The notes under the pieces were generated by a model. It searched no databases, was not told the DNA's origin, and worked only from the letters and a program-made list of their open reading frames with translations. The position numbers were made by a program, and so were the translations under genes. Shown here piece by piece: positions 1-11,750 of a DNA stretch of 64,000 nucleotides. Position 1 is the first letter of the stretch, and the number at the start of each line of letters is the position of its first letter. The stretch comes from an uncultured bacterium (GTDB lineage Bacteria; Fidelibacterota; Marinisomatia; Marinisomatales; UBA1611), in NCBI GenBank assembly GCA_943788175.1, contig CALSPG010000005.1:32001-96000 (forward strand), read 5' to 3'.

Positions 1-1332
1 AATATTTTCATGTGATAACATTGCCTTTAATATTTCATTAAAGTCGAGAGGGGGTGTAATTATTGGTTCTTCAAATTTATAATTTGGGTTTTCATATTCT
101 CGTTCATAAAGAAAACCTTTTGTGACTTCCTCTGCTAGAGCATCAACAATTTTTTCACCATTGTTATGGACGGTATATTTTTTATTATCTCGTATTTTTC
201 CAACTACTGAAGCTTTGGCTCCTGATGAAACTGCTGGTAAGTCATACTTTGTATTGTAATGTGACAATATTTTTTCTGTAAGGTAAGGTGGAGACACCCA
301 CATAAATCTTTCTTGAGTTTCTGAACATAAATAAACACTAGGGTGTAAATCATTCATCCCAATGTGGACTTTATCAAGCCAGACCTCAGAGCCATACCCA
401 GATGTTTCTGCTAATTCAACGCTTGCACAGGCAACTCCGCCCGCACCTAAATCTTTAAAACCAACACTATTACATAAATCATTATCTTGAAGGTATTTGA
501 ATAACGCATAAGTTGATTTTAAAAGGTGTCTTTCTAAGAAAGCATTTGGTTCCTGGACAGCTCCTTTGTTTTGCTCTTTCTTTTCTTCTTCAAGCTCTAA
601 TGAGGCAAAGCTTGCGCCTCCAAAACCGCTATTATCTGTTGGTTTTCCTAGTAAAATAAGGTCGTAATTATTAGAATTTTTTGGAGCATAAGAATGAATG
701 ATATGATCTTCTCTTACAATCCCTAGTGTCACCAGAGTAACTAAACAATTATCATTATAACCGTTATTATAGTAAATATCCCCACCAATATTGGGCACGC
801 CTAAAGGGTTCCCATAACCTGCGACACCAGAAACGACGCCATCGTGTATCCATTTTGTTTTATTGTTTTTTATATCACCAAATCTAAAAGAATCTGAACA
901 GGCAATAACTTCAGCACCCATGCACAAAACATCTCGAACATTGCCCCCAACTCCTGTTGCTGCTCCCTCATAAGGAACTATTTGAGATGGGTGATTATGA
1001 GATTCGTGGCTCATCACTATACACCAACGTTTTCCACTATTATCTTTTACAATTGAAACGACGCCTGCGTCTTCTTTCGCGCCGAGTACTACATCTGGGC
1101 CATCTGTTACAAACTGTTTTAAATGATTGCGACTACTCTTGTAAGAACAGTGCTCTGAACCTTGGATAGAAAACAATACTAACTCTGCGAGTGATGGTGG
1201 CCTTCCAAGCATTTCGTCCTGAATTTTTTTCCCTTCTTCAGGCGTAAGGGCTATATTGAGGTCAGAAAGTTTTTTCTTTATTTGGGCATTATTTAACCCA
1301 GAAAGATCAATCGTTTCTTTTGTGAAACTCAT
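1..1332 (-). CDS. purL: Phosphoribosylformylglycinamidine synthase subunit PurL, 5' part (runs off the left edge)
   Basis: Not in the ORF track. Manual translation from ATG at 1332 gives MSFTKETIDLSGLNNAQIRKKL...LGRPPSLAELVLFSIQGSEHCSYKSSR, containing the PurL SEHCSYKSS motif; lies directly downstream of purA. Confidence 0.93.
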   Translation of the reverse strand, partial: MSFTKETIDLSGLNNAQIKKKLSDLNIALTPEEGKKIQDEMLGRPPSLAELVLFSIQGSEHCSYKSSRNHLKQFVTDGPDVVLGAKEDAGVVSIVKDNSGKRWCIVMSHESHNHPSQIVPYEGAATGVGGNVRDVLCMGAEVIACSDSFRFGDIKNNKTKWIHDGVVSGVAGYGNPLGVPNIGGDIYYNNGYNDNCLVTLVTLGIVREDHIIHSYAPKNSNNYDLILLGKPTDNSGFGGASFASLELEEEKKEQNKGAVQEPNAFLERHLLKSTYALFKYLQDNDLCNSVGFKDLGAGGVACASVELAETSGYGSEVWLDKVHIGMNDLHPSVYLCSETQERFMWVSPPYLTEKILSHYNTKYDLPAVSSGAKASVVGKIRDNKKYTVHNNGEKIVDALAEEVTKGFLYEREYENPNYKFEEPIITPPLDFNEILKAMLSHENI

Positions 1333-1335
1333 TAA

Positions 1336-2643
<1,308 letters not shown>

Positions 2644-2713
2644 TTATAAAAATTATAAAAGTTTTGTTAAAACATCATAGAAGGTTAATCAAACTGACAC
2701 ATCAATTAAAGAC

Positions 2714-2929
2714 CTATTCATGAGGATTTTTAGATTTTTTTTTGTAGCCTGCTTTTATTTTTGCCCAATTCAATAGTTTTTTAATTGGTGGGAAATAGTC
2801 AGCAAGAATTATCAAGCCAGGAATACCGAAAAGCCAACCTTGGAAAATTGGGATTAACCCGCCAATCGCTCCGATCAGAACTAAGATGATTCCAAGGGCA
2901 ATGCGAAATGTGTGCTTCATAGATTTCAA
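2714..2929 (-). CDS. Small membrane protein (PGPGW-like)
   Basis: 71 aa, two hydrophobic segments around IPIFQGWLFGIPGL, basic C-terminus. Confidence 0.6.
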   Translation of the reverse strand: MKSMKHTFRIALGIILVLIGAIGGLIPIFQGWLFGIPGLIILADYFPPIKKLLNWAKIKAGYKKKSKNPHE

Positions 2930-3052
2930 TCTTTTAATGATTGGATTAAATTAGTAAGGTTTTTTTAATTAAACTTATACTCTTGTTTTCTTGTTAAACA
3001 ATTTTTAACCATATAGCTATATTCGAGCTAAGAAAAATAAAGATAAAACTCA

Positions 3053-3706
3053 ATGGGATTTCACAGATTAAAATATAAAAAAAAGACCAGTCAAGATATG
3101 ATAGACCTTTCTACTCAATTTATGAATATTATGACAACGAGGAGAAGTGTTCGCGGGTTTTCCGATGAAGATATTCCTGATATAGTTTTAGAAAATATTA
3201 TAAGGACAGCGATGAGTGCACCTTCTGGAGCGAACAAGGAACCCTGGCAATTTGCTATTGTTAAAGACAAGACTGTTAAAAAGAAGATTAGGAATGCAGC
3301 AGAAGTGGAAGAAAAAAAATTTTACAAGAAGCGAGCAACAGAAGAATGGCTTAAAGATTTAAATAAATTTGCAACGGATTGGAGGAAACCTTTTCTTGAA
3401 AAAGCACCAGCATTAATAGTTGTTTTTAGACAAAGTTATGATAGTAGCGGGGGTTCAAAAAGGAAGAACTATTATGTTGGAGAATCTGTCGGAATCGCAT
3501 CAGGGTTTTTAATTACAGCTATACACAATGCTGGATTAGTCTCCTTGACTCACACACCAAGTCCGATGGGGTTTTTAGAAAAAATCCTTGAGAGACCAAT
3601 CAATGAAAAAGCCTTTCTACTTATTCCAGTGGGATATCCTGAACCAAATACTCAGGTTCCGATGTTAAAAAAGCGACGATATGAAGATACAGTGAGGATT
3701 TATTAA
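3053..3706 (+). CDS. Nitroreductase-family flavoprotein, iodotyrosine deiodinase-like
   Basis: RRSVR, APSGANKEPW, EEKKFY, KPFLEKAP, YYVGESVGIA and LTHTPSPM motifs typical of the IYD subgroup. Confidence 0.8.
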   Translation: MGFHRLKYKKKTSQDMIDLSTQFMNIMTTRRSVRGFSDEDIPDIVLENIIRTAMSAPSGANKEPWQFAIVKDKTVKKKIRNAAEVEEKKFYKKRATEEWLKDLNKFATDWRKPFLEKAPALIVVFRQSYDSSGGSKRKNYYVGESVGIASGFLITAIHNAGLVSLTHTPSPMGFLEKILERPINEKAFLLIPVGYPEPNTQVPMLKKRRYEDTVRIY

Positions 3707-3707
3707 T

Positions 3708-4193
3708 ATGATAAAAATTTTTGTTACCGGTGGAACGTTTGATAAAGACTACGATGAAAAAAATGGTAAGCTATATTTTAAAGATACGCACATGAGTGAG
3801 ATATTGAATCTTGGTAGATCAAAAGTCGAAGTTAATATAGAAACTTTAATGATGATTGACAGTCTTGATATGAAAGAGACTGATCGAAGATTAATCGTTG
3901 ATAGTTGTGAGAGCACTAATGAAAAAAATATTATAGTAACACATGGTACGGATACTATGACTGAAACTGCAAAGAAGGTCGGAGAAAAAAATCTACAAAA
4001 AACGATTGTTCTGACTGGCGCAATGATCCCTTATAAGTTTGGGACATCTGATGGTTTATTTAATATTGCAAGTGCTTTAGCATACGTTCAAACATTATCA
4101 AGCGGTGTTTATGTGGCAATGAACGGCAGAGTTTTTACTTATGATAACGTAATAAAAAACAAAGAAACTGGTGTATTTGAGGAAATAAAATGA
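3708..4193 (+). CDS. Short single-domain asparaginase-family protein
   Basis: VTGGT and HGTDTM catalytic Thr motifs, plus VLTGAM. Confidence 0.85.
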   Translation: MIKIFVTGGTFDKDYDEKNGKLYFKDTHMSEILNLGRSKVEVNIETLMMIDSLDMKETDRRLIVDSCESTNEKNIIVTHGTDTMTETAKKVGEKNLQKTIVLTGAMIPYKFGTSDGLFNIASALAYVQTLSSGVYVAMNGRVFTYDNVIKNKETGVFEEIK

Positions 4194-4543
4194 AGCATTT
4201 AAAGATATATCACAATCCAAGGTGTAGTAAAAGTAGAAAAACGTTGCAGATCATTCGAGATCATGGCGTAGAACCAGAGGTGGTTGAGTACTTAAAAAAG
4301 CCACCAACTGAGAATGAGTTAAAAAAAATTTCTAACCTCCTTGGCTTAGATCCAAAACGTTTTGTTAGGGTCAATGAGAATGATTTTAAAGAAAATGGAT
4401 TATCAGAAAAAATTAGTGATAATGAGGCGATGTTTCGATTAATGGTCAAATTCCCGAAGACTATCGAAAGGCCAATTGTGGTTTCAGATGATAATGCTAT
4501 TATTGGCAGACCACCTGAAAACGTATTAAAAATATTAACGTAA
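4190..4543 (+). CDS. arsC: Arsenate reductase (glutaredoxin-dependent ArsC family)
   Basis: YHNPRCSKSR and IERPIV...IGRPPE motifs. Confidence 0.88.
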   Translation: MKHLKIYHNPRCSKSRKTLQIIRDHGVEPEVVEYLKKPPTENELKKISNLLGLDPKRFVRVNENDFKENGLSEKISDNEAMFRLMVKFPKTIERPIVVSDDNAIIGRPPENVLKILT

Positions 4544-4599
4544 TTTCACTCTCTATATATATATTGTGTATAAAAGGTCAAAAAAATACAAAATTAAAC

Positions 4600-4629
4600 T
4601 TGACAATGATTGTATTCATCGGCTAGGTT
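4600..4629 (+). promoter_or_regulatory. Putative sigma70 promoter of the TonB-receptor operon
   Basis: TTGACA at 4600-4605, 18-nt spacer, TAGGTT at 4624-4629. Confidence 0.5.
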
Positions 4630-4775
4630 TGTTCTAGGTGTTATTGGGGTGATGTGGACAGACATTAGTAATCTGTGCACTATTAGGGGGTGAATAAGTT
4701 CATGTATAATGCTTTTTTTACTCGGCCCCACTAAAATAAATAAAAATTTTCTAAATGTAAATTGGAGACAGAAAA

Positions 4776-7763
4776 ATGGGAAAAATCTCAAAAATAGTCG
4801 CTCTCTCTTTGTTAATGTCTTTTGCGATTTCGCAAACGACTGGTAAGATAAGAGGAAAAGTAACTTCAGCAGACGGTCAGCCGCTTGCTGGTGCTAATGT
4901 CATCGTTGATGGTACTACGAAAGGTGCCGCTACTGATGGAGACGGAAGTTATACAATCTTAAACGTTGAGGCTGGAACATATAGTGTTACTGCTACTTAT
5001 ATTGGATACCAAAGCAGTACCGAATCTAATGTTTCTATAAAAGTTGACTTAACTACGCCACTAAATTTTGCAATGGCAACATCAGCTGTAGAAGGTGAGG
5101 TTGTTACGATTGTAGGAGAAAAAAGACTAATAGAGAAAAGTGCTACAAATTCTGTTCGTTCTGTAAGTTCTGAAGAAATTCAGAATTCTGCATCTAGAAG
5201 TGTTTCTGGTATGCTAGACATGCAGGCAGGTGTAAACATCACAAACGGTAGGTTATCCATTCGTGGTAGTAGAGCTGAAGAAGTTGCATACACACTTGAT
5301 GGTGCTTCCATTACTGACGTTGTAAATACTGGTAGAGATGTATCGGCTATTCCGGAAGCTCTTGCAGAAATATCAGTTGAGTCTGGTGGTTTTGGCGCTC
5401 ACATTGGTGGCGCAAATTCAGGTGTTGTTAGACAAACTTTAAGAACTGGTGGAAATGAAGTTATGGGTTCTGCTCGTTTTGAAACGGGTGACTATGGTCA
5501 TACAGATCTTACAGCAACCGTAGGCGTACCAATTGGTGATAAAATCAAAACATTTATTGCTCTGCGTAGCAATCACGTTGATGATTGGGATCCAACTTAT
5601 TATACAGATTTCTCAATCAATAATGGCGAAATGCTTGAAAGTACAGTCTCTGGAAGTACGCCTGATGGTGATTCAATTGCTGTAGTTTTTAATTCAGGTG
5701 GTAAAGATGGTGTTGCTCATCGTTCGCAAGATGTTCTACAGATTAATGCAACGGGAACTGTTGACCTTGGTCCATTAAACCTTCGTCTTTCAGCTGTAGT
5801 TGATAATAATACTTATGAAAGTAATGCTCTTCCTATTTATTATATGTTTAATACTGAAAGACTTCCGAAGACTGAGCGTAAGCTTGCAATGTATAATGCT
5901 AGAGCAAACTATTTTTTAAACCCAAATATGCTTTTAACAGCTGGATTAAGCACATTTAAACGTACTTATGAAAAATATGATGATGGTATGGGCAAGCCAG
6001 GCAACTTTGGTGATTTGCTAGGTCATTATGATTCAACTTCAATTGCTGCTGCTGGTCTTGATGCTTCTTACTGGGCTGGTGGAAACACTGACTATGCTAC
6101 TCCTGGAGCAACTTATAACTCTCCTGGTGCTTATTATGTAGCAAATACATTCGCATTTTCTAGACCTGGGGATATCCTAACTGACTATGACAAAAATGAG
6201 CGTAGTTCTTTTGGTTTTGATGCTGGTTTAACTTGGCAGAGAGGTGATCATGAGATCCGTACTGGGTTCGATTATAAGAAATATACTTATCGCGTTTATG
6301 AGTTAAGTACAACTGCTATGTATAACATAAATAAAGGTATTGCTGATGGGAATTACACCCGTGAGCAAGCTGCTAGTGGAGATAATGTAACAGTAACAAA
6401 TGCGCTATCTCTTTACAATAGAGATGGTCAAATTGGTTATGATGATTATGGCAATGAAGTGGATGATGGTTTTGACGGTCCTAGAGAGCCTACAGTAACT
6501 TCTTTTTATCTTAATGATAAATTTGAATCTGGTGATTTAGTAATTAGCGCTGGTGTTCGTCTTGATAATTTTATGATGGACGACTTTAAAATGAAAGACC
6601 CTGCAAATCCAGGTTGGGATCAATCTAATCAGGGAATTATAGAAGATCAGTTTGAAGATTCAGAGACAAAGAGCGTTTTACAGCCGCGTATTGGTTTAGC
6701 TTTCCCTGTATCTGATCAAATGGTTTTCCACTTACAGTATGGTAAGTTTGCTCAGATGCCTGAACTTGACCTTCCGTATGCTTCTACTAGATACATGCAT
6801 TTGGTTTGGGGTGGTCAGAACTACACTCCAGATCCAATGGGATTTGATCTTGATCCAATTGAGACAACGCAATACGAAGTTGGTATGAGCTATCAGTTCT
6901 TGCCTTCTGCTGCTATAGATGTTACAGCATTTGCTAAAAACACTACCGGCCAGGTTGTTATTGGTAAAAACGATGCTGTTGATATCAACAATACTTATGG
7001 TGTTGCACAAGATGCTTTTTACTATAAAAATGGCGATTTTACAACTGTAAATGGTTTTGAGTTCACTCTTAGAACAAGAAGAGTTAGTAATTTACAAACA
7101 TATGGGTCTTACACGTGGTCTGACGCAAGAGGAATTAATTCAGATCCAAATACTGGAGCTGGTAACATTGCTCAAGACTTATTAAGTCCTCCGCCACTAA
7201 TGATTTCACCTCTTTACTACCACAATAAGCATCGTGGTGCGGTCGCTTTAGATTATCGTTTAGGTGAAGACCAAGGTGTTTTAAGTGGACTCGGTATAAA
7301 CTTTGAATACAAGTTTAACAGTGGACATCCTTACACGTTAAGTGATGGTGGAATGGGACAAAGAGCTGCAGATGGTGGAGCTATCCTCGCAGATGCTCGC
7401 TCTCGTGAGCCTCAAGAATCAATTGGTGGCTCTACTACTCCATGGCAGTATTACTCTAACTTAAAAGTAGATTATAAGATGTCTCTAGGCGGTGTAGGTG
7501 TTACGCTTTTTGCTTATGTGGACAATCTATTTGATACTAAAAATGTAATTAACGTTTACTCTAGATCTGGTAACGCGTACGATGATGGTTTCTTAACAGA
7601 TCCAGCATTAAGCTCTGAGATTGTAGCTGCGAATGGACAAACTTATGTTGATCTATATCGTAATGTTAATCTTGAGAATAGACAGCATTACATGACAGAC
7701 TTTGGTTTTGACGTTTTTGCGACACCGCAAATTGTTAAAATGGGTGTTGCTGTTAATTTCTAA
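4776..7763 (+). CDS. TonB-dependent outer-membrane receptor with N-terminal carboxypeptidase-regulatory-like domain
   Basis: Signal peptide, GKIRGKVT...PLAGANV domain, plug motif SIRGSR...YTLDG, barrel motifs LQPRIG and VDNLFD, C-terminal Phe. Confidence 0.92.
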   Translation: MGKISKIVALSLLMSFAISQTTGKIRGKVTSADGQPLAGANVIVDGTTKGAATDGDGSYTILNVEAGTYSVTATYIGYQSSTESNVSIKVDLTTPLNFAMATSAVEGEVVTIVGEKRLIEKSATNSVRSVSSEEIQNSASRSVSGMLDMQAGVNITNGRLSIRGSRAEEVAYTLDGASITDVVNTGRDVSAIPEALAEISVESGGFGAHIGGANSGVVRQTLRTGGNEVMGSARFETGDYGHTDLTATVGVPIGDKIKTFIALRSNHVDDWDPTYYTDFSINNGEMLESTVSGSTPDGDSIAVVFNSGGKDGVAHRSQDVLQINATGTVDLGPLNLRLSAVVDNNTYESNALPIYYMFNTERLPKTERKLAMYNARANYFLNPNMLLTAGLSTFKRTYEKYDDGMGKPGNFGDLLGHYDSTSIAAAGLDASYWAGGNTDYATPGATYNSPGAYYVANTFAFSRPGDILTDYDKNERSSFGFDAGLTWQRGDHEIRTGFDYKKYTYRVYELSTTAMYNINKGIADGNYTREQAASGDNVTVTNALSLYNRDGQIGYDDYGNEVDDGFDGPREPTVTSFYLNDKFESGDLVISAGVRLDNFMMDDFKMKDPANPGWDQSNQGIIEDQFEDSETKSVLQPRIGLAFPVSDQMVFHLQYGKFAQMPELDLPYASTRYMHLVWGGQNYTPDPMGFDLDPIETTQYEVGMSYQFLPSAAIDVTAFAKNTTGQVVIGKNDAVDINNTYGVAQDAFYYKNGDFTTVNGFEFTLRTRRVSNLQTYGSYTWSDARGINSDPNTGAGNIAQDLLSPPPLMISPLYYHNKHRGAVALDYRLGEDQGVLSGLGINFEYKFNSGHPYTLSDGGMGQRAADGGAILADARSREPQESIGGSTTPWQYYSNLKVDYKMSLGGVGVTLFAYVDNLFDTKNVINVYSRSGNAYDDGFLTDPALSSEIVAANGQTYVDLYRNVNLENRQHYMTDFGFDVFATPQIVKMGVAVNF

Positions 7764-7815
7764 TCGATTGATCGGATAGATAATAATTAAAAATAAAGAA
7801 AAGGGTATAAAAACC

Positions 7816-10800
7816 ATGAAAAAGAAGAATCTAAAACTAATAGTTGCTTGTTCTATGTTTCTTGTTTCGGGCTTATTTGCAAAAGAATTAGTCCCAAGCA
7901 ATACTAGTACAAAATCAACAATGAGAGTAATGGAAAATCAAAGTCCAGGAATCTCTGTGTTAAATATTAATAATATGGCTTACTGGATAGGTAAGGATGG
8001 TGCATATACGACTGCTGGAAGTCCAAATGGTACTATGGCTGACTATCCTATTTTTACAGGTGGCTTCATATATGCCGATGGTATGTTATGGGGTGCTAAA
8101 GTAAAAGGTGATGGTCTTGGTGACGAGGTCAGAGTCGGTGGTTCTACTTACAACCATGGAATGAAGGCTGGAAGAATTATCACGGATGCTTCAGGGAATG
8201 TTTTAGGTTCAGATGATCCTGCAAATAACCATGTTTGGCGTGTAAGAACAGACTGGGCGACAGCAGATTTATCTGTTGATGCTGCAAATTATTACGGCGT
8301 TGCCGTGTCTGATGTTACGCCAGCTCAAATTGCAGTAGTAAAAGGTCAATATGAATATGATTGGATGAATTGGCCAGCAGCATGGGGCGCTCCATACAAA
8401 GATGTTGATGGTGTTGATGGTTATAATAATGCGACAGATATACCGGGTTACCCTGGTGCTGATCAAACTATGTGGACAGTAGCAAATGATGTGCCGCTTA
8501 TCGTAAACGAAGCAGGAGATAGTACTGGTTTTCTGTCAACTGCTCCTAATTTATATGGTTCTGATCCAATCGGTATAGAATTACAAATTACAATGTGGGG
8601 TTATGCTTTTGGTGCTAGTGACCCATTAGGTAACAATATTTTTAAAGAAGCTAAAATGAAGTACATGGGTCTTCCAGCGCTTGACAGCACACAAGTTGGT
8701 GTTTCTGGTTTTACAGGTACAAGTGATGGTGCTATTTTGGATTCTCTTTATTTTACGCAGTGGTCAGATCCAGATTTAGGGACTTACACTGACGACTATG
8801 TTGGTTCTGATGTTGATCTTTCATTTGGCTATGTTTACAATGGTAATAGGTTAGATGGTGTCTTTAATGGCATTTTTAACTTACCTGTACCAGCTGGTGG
8901 ATATGATTTCTTACAAGGTCCTGCTGATAATATGGATCTTGATGGAGATGGAGATTCAACAGAATTTTTAGGAATGACTTCTTTTGCTTATTTTGGAGCT
9001 GGTTCTGCAATTGATGATCCAGATCTTTCTTCTTATGAGGGAACTTTGCAGTGGTTTAATTTAATGGAAGGTTTTTTACCTAGACCTGCATATCCAACGC
9101 AGATTCCATTTTCTGATCCATCAACTGGTTTAGAAACTAAATATGCTCTTTCTGGAGATCCAACCAGTGGTGCTGGATGGATTGATGGGGTTCAACTTCC
9201 TCCAGGCGATAGAAGAATGGTAATGAACACTGGTCCTTTTCAATTAAAAGTTGGAGAAGAGGCAACAGTGGTTTTAGGTATCGCTGGTGGTATGGGACTT
9301 GATAATGTTTCTTCAGTTTCTGTTGCAAAATTTCATGACCAATATGGTCAATATGCCTATGATCAAGGCTTTAACTTACCTAGTGCTCCTTCTTCACCTT
9401 CTGTTTCTATTATAGAAATGGATGGTATGGTTGGTTTAGACTGGGGTTCTTCAGCAACTTCTGTGTCAAGCACTGAAGAAAGCATCAGCGCAGGTTTTGA
9501 ATTTGAGGGATATGTGGTTTATCAACTTCCTTCCGCTTCATCTCCGCTAAGTGAAGCTGTTAAAGTTGCTACTTATGATAAGGTTAATTTAATTCAAAAT
9601 ATTTTAGACCCTTCTATTGATCCTACAACAGGTTTGGTCGTAGATGCGCCTAAGCAAACAGGTACTGATATTGGAGTTCAAAGATTCTTTGAAACAGATT
9701 ATGATGAAGTTCGTGGTCGTCCTATGTCGAATGGTATTACATATCATTTTGCGGTTACAGCTTACAGTTACTTATCTGATAACGACGGAAGCCCGTTTAA
9801 AACATTAGAGTCTGGCGAAACTAGAGTTGCTGTTACACCGAGAACAGCTAATCCAGGTGAAACAGTATATAGTGAAATGAGTTCTGATATTGAGGTAACT
9901 CATAATGGAACTGCAAACGCATCTGTAGGAGTTACTGTACTTAATCCGTCAGCATTAAAAGATGGATCATATAAAGTATCTTTTGATACGCAAGTATTTG
10001 CTCGTGATATTAATGGAGTTTGGAATAAAGTGGTTTCTAGAAGTGCTGCAAGTGTTTCTGATGCAACAGATTGTGGAGCTTCTACAATTACTGCAACAGC
10101 CTATGCTTCATCAATAGTAGGAACAATAGACTTAGTATTAGATTTCACTCTATCATGTGCTGATGGTGCATGGATTGATGGAATACAAATGACATTCCCA
10201 ACAGGATTTGCAGCAAATGTAAATACGACTGCTGTCACTGGCGTTGGAAACATTTGTTCTTATGGAGCTGGTTCAGGCCAGGATTGTGAGAATAGTGATG
10301 GTTCATGGACTGGTGATGTGTTATTGTATGGGCATGACAAACGTACTGGGTTTGGTGCTTTCGAATCTAGTAACACATTTACGGTAAATTACACGCCTTC
10401 TAATTCTGCTACATGGGATCTCCCATTAGATATCGGATACGTAATTTACGATGACCATTATACTGACGTGAACTCAGATGGTACTGGTACAGCAACAGCA
10501 TCTAGTCAAAACTATGAAGAGAAGACAGAATACCATTGGAACTTGTCAACTGCTTCAGGTACTGTTTTGTTAGAGGATCAAACTTTTCTTGGTGGCGCAG
10601 ATCTTTATGGTGGTTCTAGTGTAGGTGGTAATTCTTCTCTACATTATAATACAGCAGCAGCTGTCACAATTGATGGATTCCAAGTCAACGTAGAAGGTGG
10701 TTATGATTCACCTACAGACTTTTTTGGATATGATATCGCGAGAGATGCCGCTAACGCAGCCCTTTATGGTGAGTCTATTTGGGATATGACTTCCTATATG

Positions 10801-11727
10801 CAACAAGGCTGGGGTCTAACTGCGAAAGCGACTGATACTTACGGAAGTGGTTTAACATCTGTTGATTATCTGCAACGCGATATTGAAGTTAGGTGGGTTG
10901 GTGAATTTGTTGATGAGCCAACAACAACCGCTGCCGGTGTTGTCTATTATGGGGCTGATACTAATTTGCCTCATTCTTATGTTTGGTTAGATGGGTCAAG
11001 AGTAGGTGCTTTAACAGATCATCCTGATGCTGGAAACCCTGGAGATGGAACGCCATTTAGAGTAGCGGTTCCTTTCGAAGTGTGGGACATAGAACATCCA
11101 GATGGTCCACAACAAATTGATATGTTCATCTATGATAGGTTACAAAGTTATGGCGCTGGTGATACTGTGTACGTATTTAACCCATTTGATCGTATGTATA
11201 CTCATTTTCTTCAACATGCATATCAAGAAGATGGTCAATACGTTGATGGTCCAACCGGACTGCCTGCCGATTGGTTAACATGGAACGTTGTTTGGTGGGA
11301 CGCGCAATTTAACCAAGGTGATGTGGTTAAATTTAAATATGCTAACCCTATCCAAGCAGGTGTTGATGAATTTAGTTTTACCACAAAAGCAAGCATGACT
11401 GCAGCTTCAAATGATGTATCTGAAGTAAGTGTATATCCAAACCCTTACTATGGAACACATGAATTAGAAGGAAGCCGTGCTGAAAAATATGTTTCTTTCA
11501 ATCATTTACCGGTTGAAGCAAAGATTGATATTTACTCTCTTGGTGGGGTATTTGTAAGAAGCATAGATAAAAGTGACGCAACACAATTTGCTCAATGGGA
11601 CTTAAAGAACCAGTATGGTTATCCTGTTGCAAGTGGAATGTATGTAGCGCGAATTAAATCAGGTGGTGAAGAAAAAATCTTAAAGATAGCTCTTGTGCAA
11701 GAAACACAAGTCTTGAAATACTATTAA
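7816..11727 (+). CDS. Large secreted protein with FN3-like module and T9SS type-A/FlgD-Ig-like C-terminal sorting domain
   Basis: Signal peptide; DxDGD calcium-loop-like motifs; FN3-like segment (FEGYVVYQ...NGITYHFAVTAY); C-terminus VSVYPNPY...KIDIYSLGG...WDLKN..G..VASGMY...KIALV. Confidence 0.8.
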   Translation: MKKKNLKLIVACSMFLVSGLFAKELVPSNTSTKSTMRVMENQSPGISVLNINNMAYWIGKDGAYTTAGSPNGTMADYPIFTGGFIYADGMLWGAKVKGDGLGDEVRVGGSTYNHGMKAGRIITDASGNVLGSDDPANNHVWRVRTDWATADLSVDAANYYGVAVSDVTPAQIAVVKGQYEYDWMNWPAAWGAPYKDVDGVDGYNNATDIPGYPGADQTMWTVANDVPLIVNEAGDSTGFLSTAPNLYGSDPIGIELQITMWGYAFGASDPLGNNIFKEAKMKYMGLPALDSTQVGVSGFTGTSDGAILDSLYFTQWSDPDLGTYTDDYVGSDVDLSFGYVYNGNRLDGVFNGIFNLPVPAGGYDFLQGPADNMDLDGDGDSTEFLGMTSFAYFGAGSAIDDPDLSSYEGTLQWFNLMEGFLPRPAYPTQIPFSDPSTGLETKYALSGDPTSGAGWIDGVQLPPGDRRMVMNTGPFQLKVGEEATVVLGIAGGMGLDNVSSVSVAKFHDQYGQYAYDQGFNLPSAPSSPSVSIIEMDGMVGLDWGSSATSVSSTEESISAGFEFEGYVVYQLPSASSPLSEAVKVATYDKVNLIQNILDPSIDPTTGLVVDAPKQTGTDIGVQRFFETDYDEVRGRPMSNGITYHFAVTAYSYLSDNDGSPFKTLESGETRVAVTPRTANPGETVYSEMSSDIEVTHNGTANASVGVTVLNPSALKDGSYKVSFDTQVFARDINGVWNKVVSRSAASVSDATDCGASTITATAYASSIVGTIDLVLDFTLSCADGAWIDGIQMTFPTGFAANVNTTAVTGVGNICSYGAGSGQDCENSDGSWTGDVLLYGHDKRTGFGAFESSNTFTVNYTPSNSATWDLPLDIGYVIYDDHYTDVNSDGTGTATASSQNYEEKTEYHWNLSTASGTVLLEDQTFLGGADLYGGSSVGGNSSLHYNTAAAVTIDGFQVNVEGGYDSPTDFFGYDIARDAANAALYGESIWDMTSYMQQGWGLTAKATDTYGSGLTSVDYLQRDIEVRWVGEFVDEPTTTAAGVVYYGADTNLPHSYVWLDGSRVGALTDHPDAGNPGDGTPFRVAVPFEVWDIEHPDGPQQIDMFIYDRLQSYGAGDTVYVFNPFDRMYTHFLQHAYQEDGQYVDGPTGLPADWLTWNVVWWDAQFNQGDVVKFKYANPIQAGVDEFSFTTKASMTAASNDVSEVSVYPNPYYGTHELEGSRAEKYVSFNHLPVEAKIDIYSLGGVFVRSIDKSDATQFAQWDLKNQYGYPVASGMYVARIKSGGEEKILKIALVQETQVLKYY

Positions 11728-11750
11728 ACACCATTTAAACGGAGAGAAAA

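Noticed and set aside
957-1169. 70-aa + strand ORF
   Set aside because: Antisense shadow of purL.
4602-4620. Fur box overlapping the TBDR promoter (GACAATGATTGTATTCATC)
   Set aside because: Only 13 of 19 positions match the E. coli consensus, symmetry is poor and the background is AT-rich; too weak without comparative data.
4636-4775. Cobalamin or TPP riboswitch
   Set aside because: No B12-box (GGGAA...GCCACTG) or TPP (CTGAGA) core is visible; kept only as an unknown structured leader.
4594-4791. 65-aa minus-strand ORF
   Set aside because: Overlaps the TBDR promoter and leader in antisense, with no recognisable protein features.
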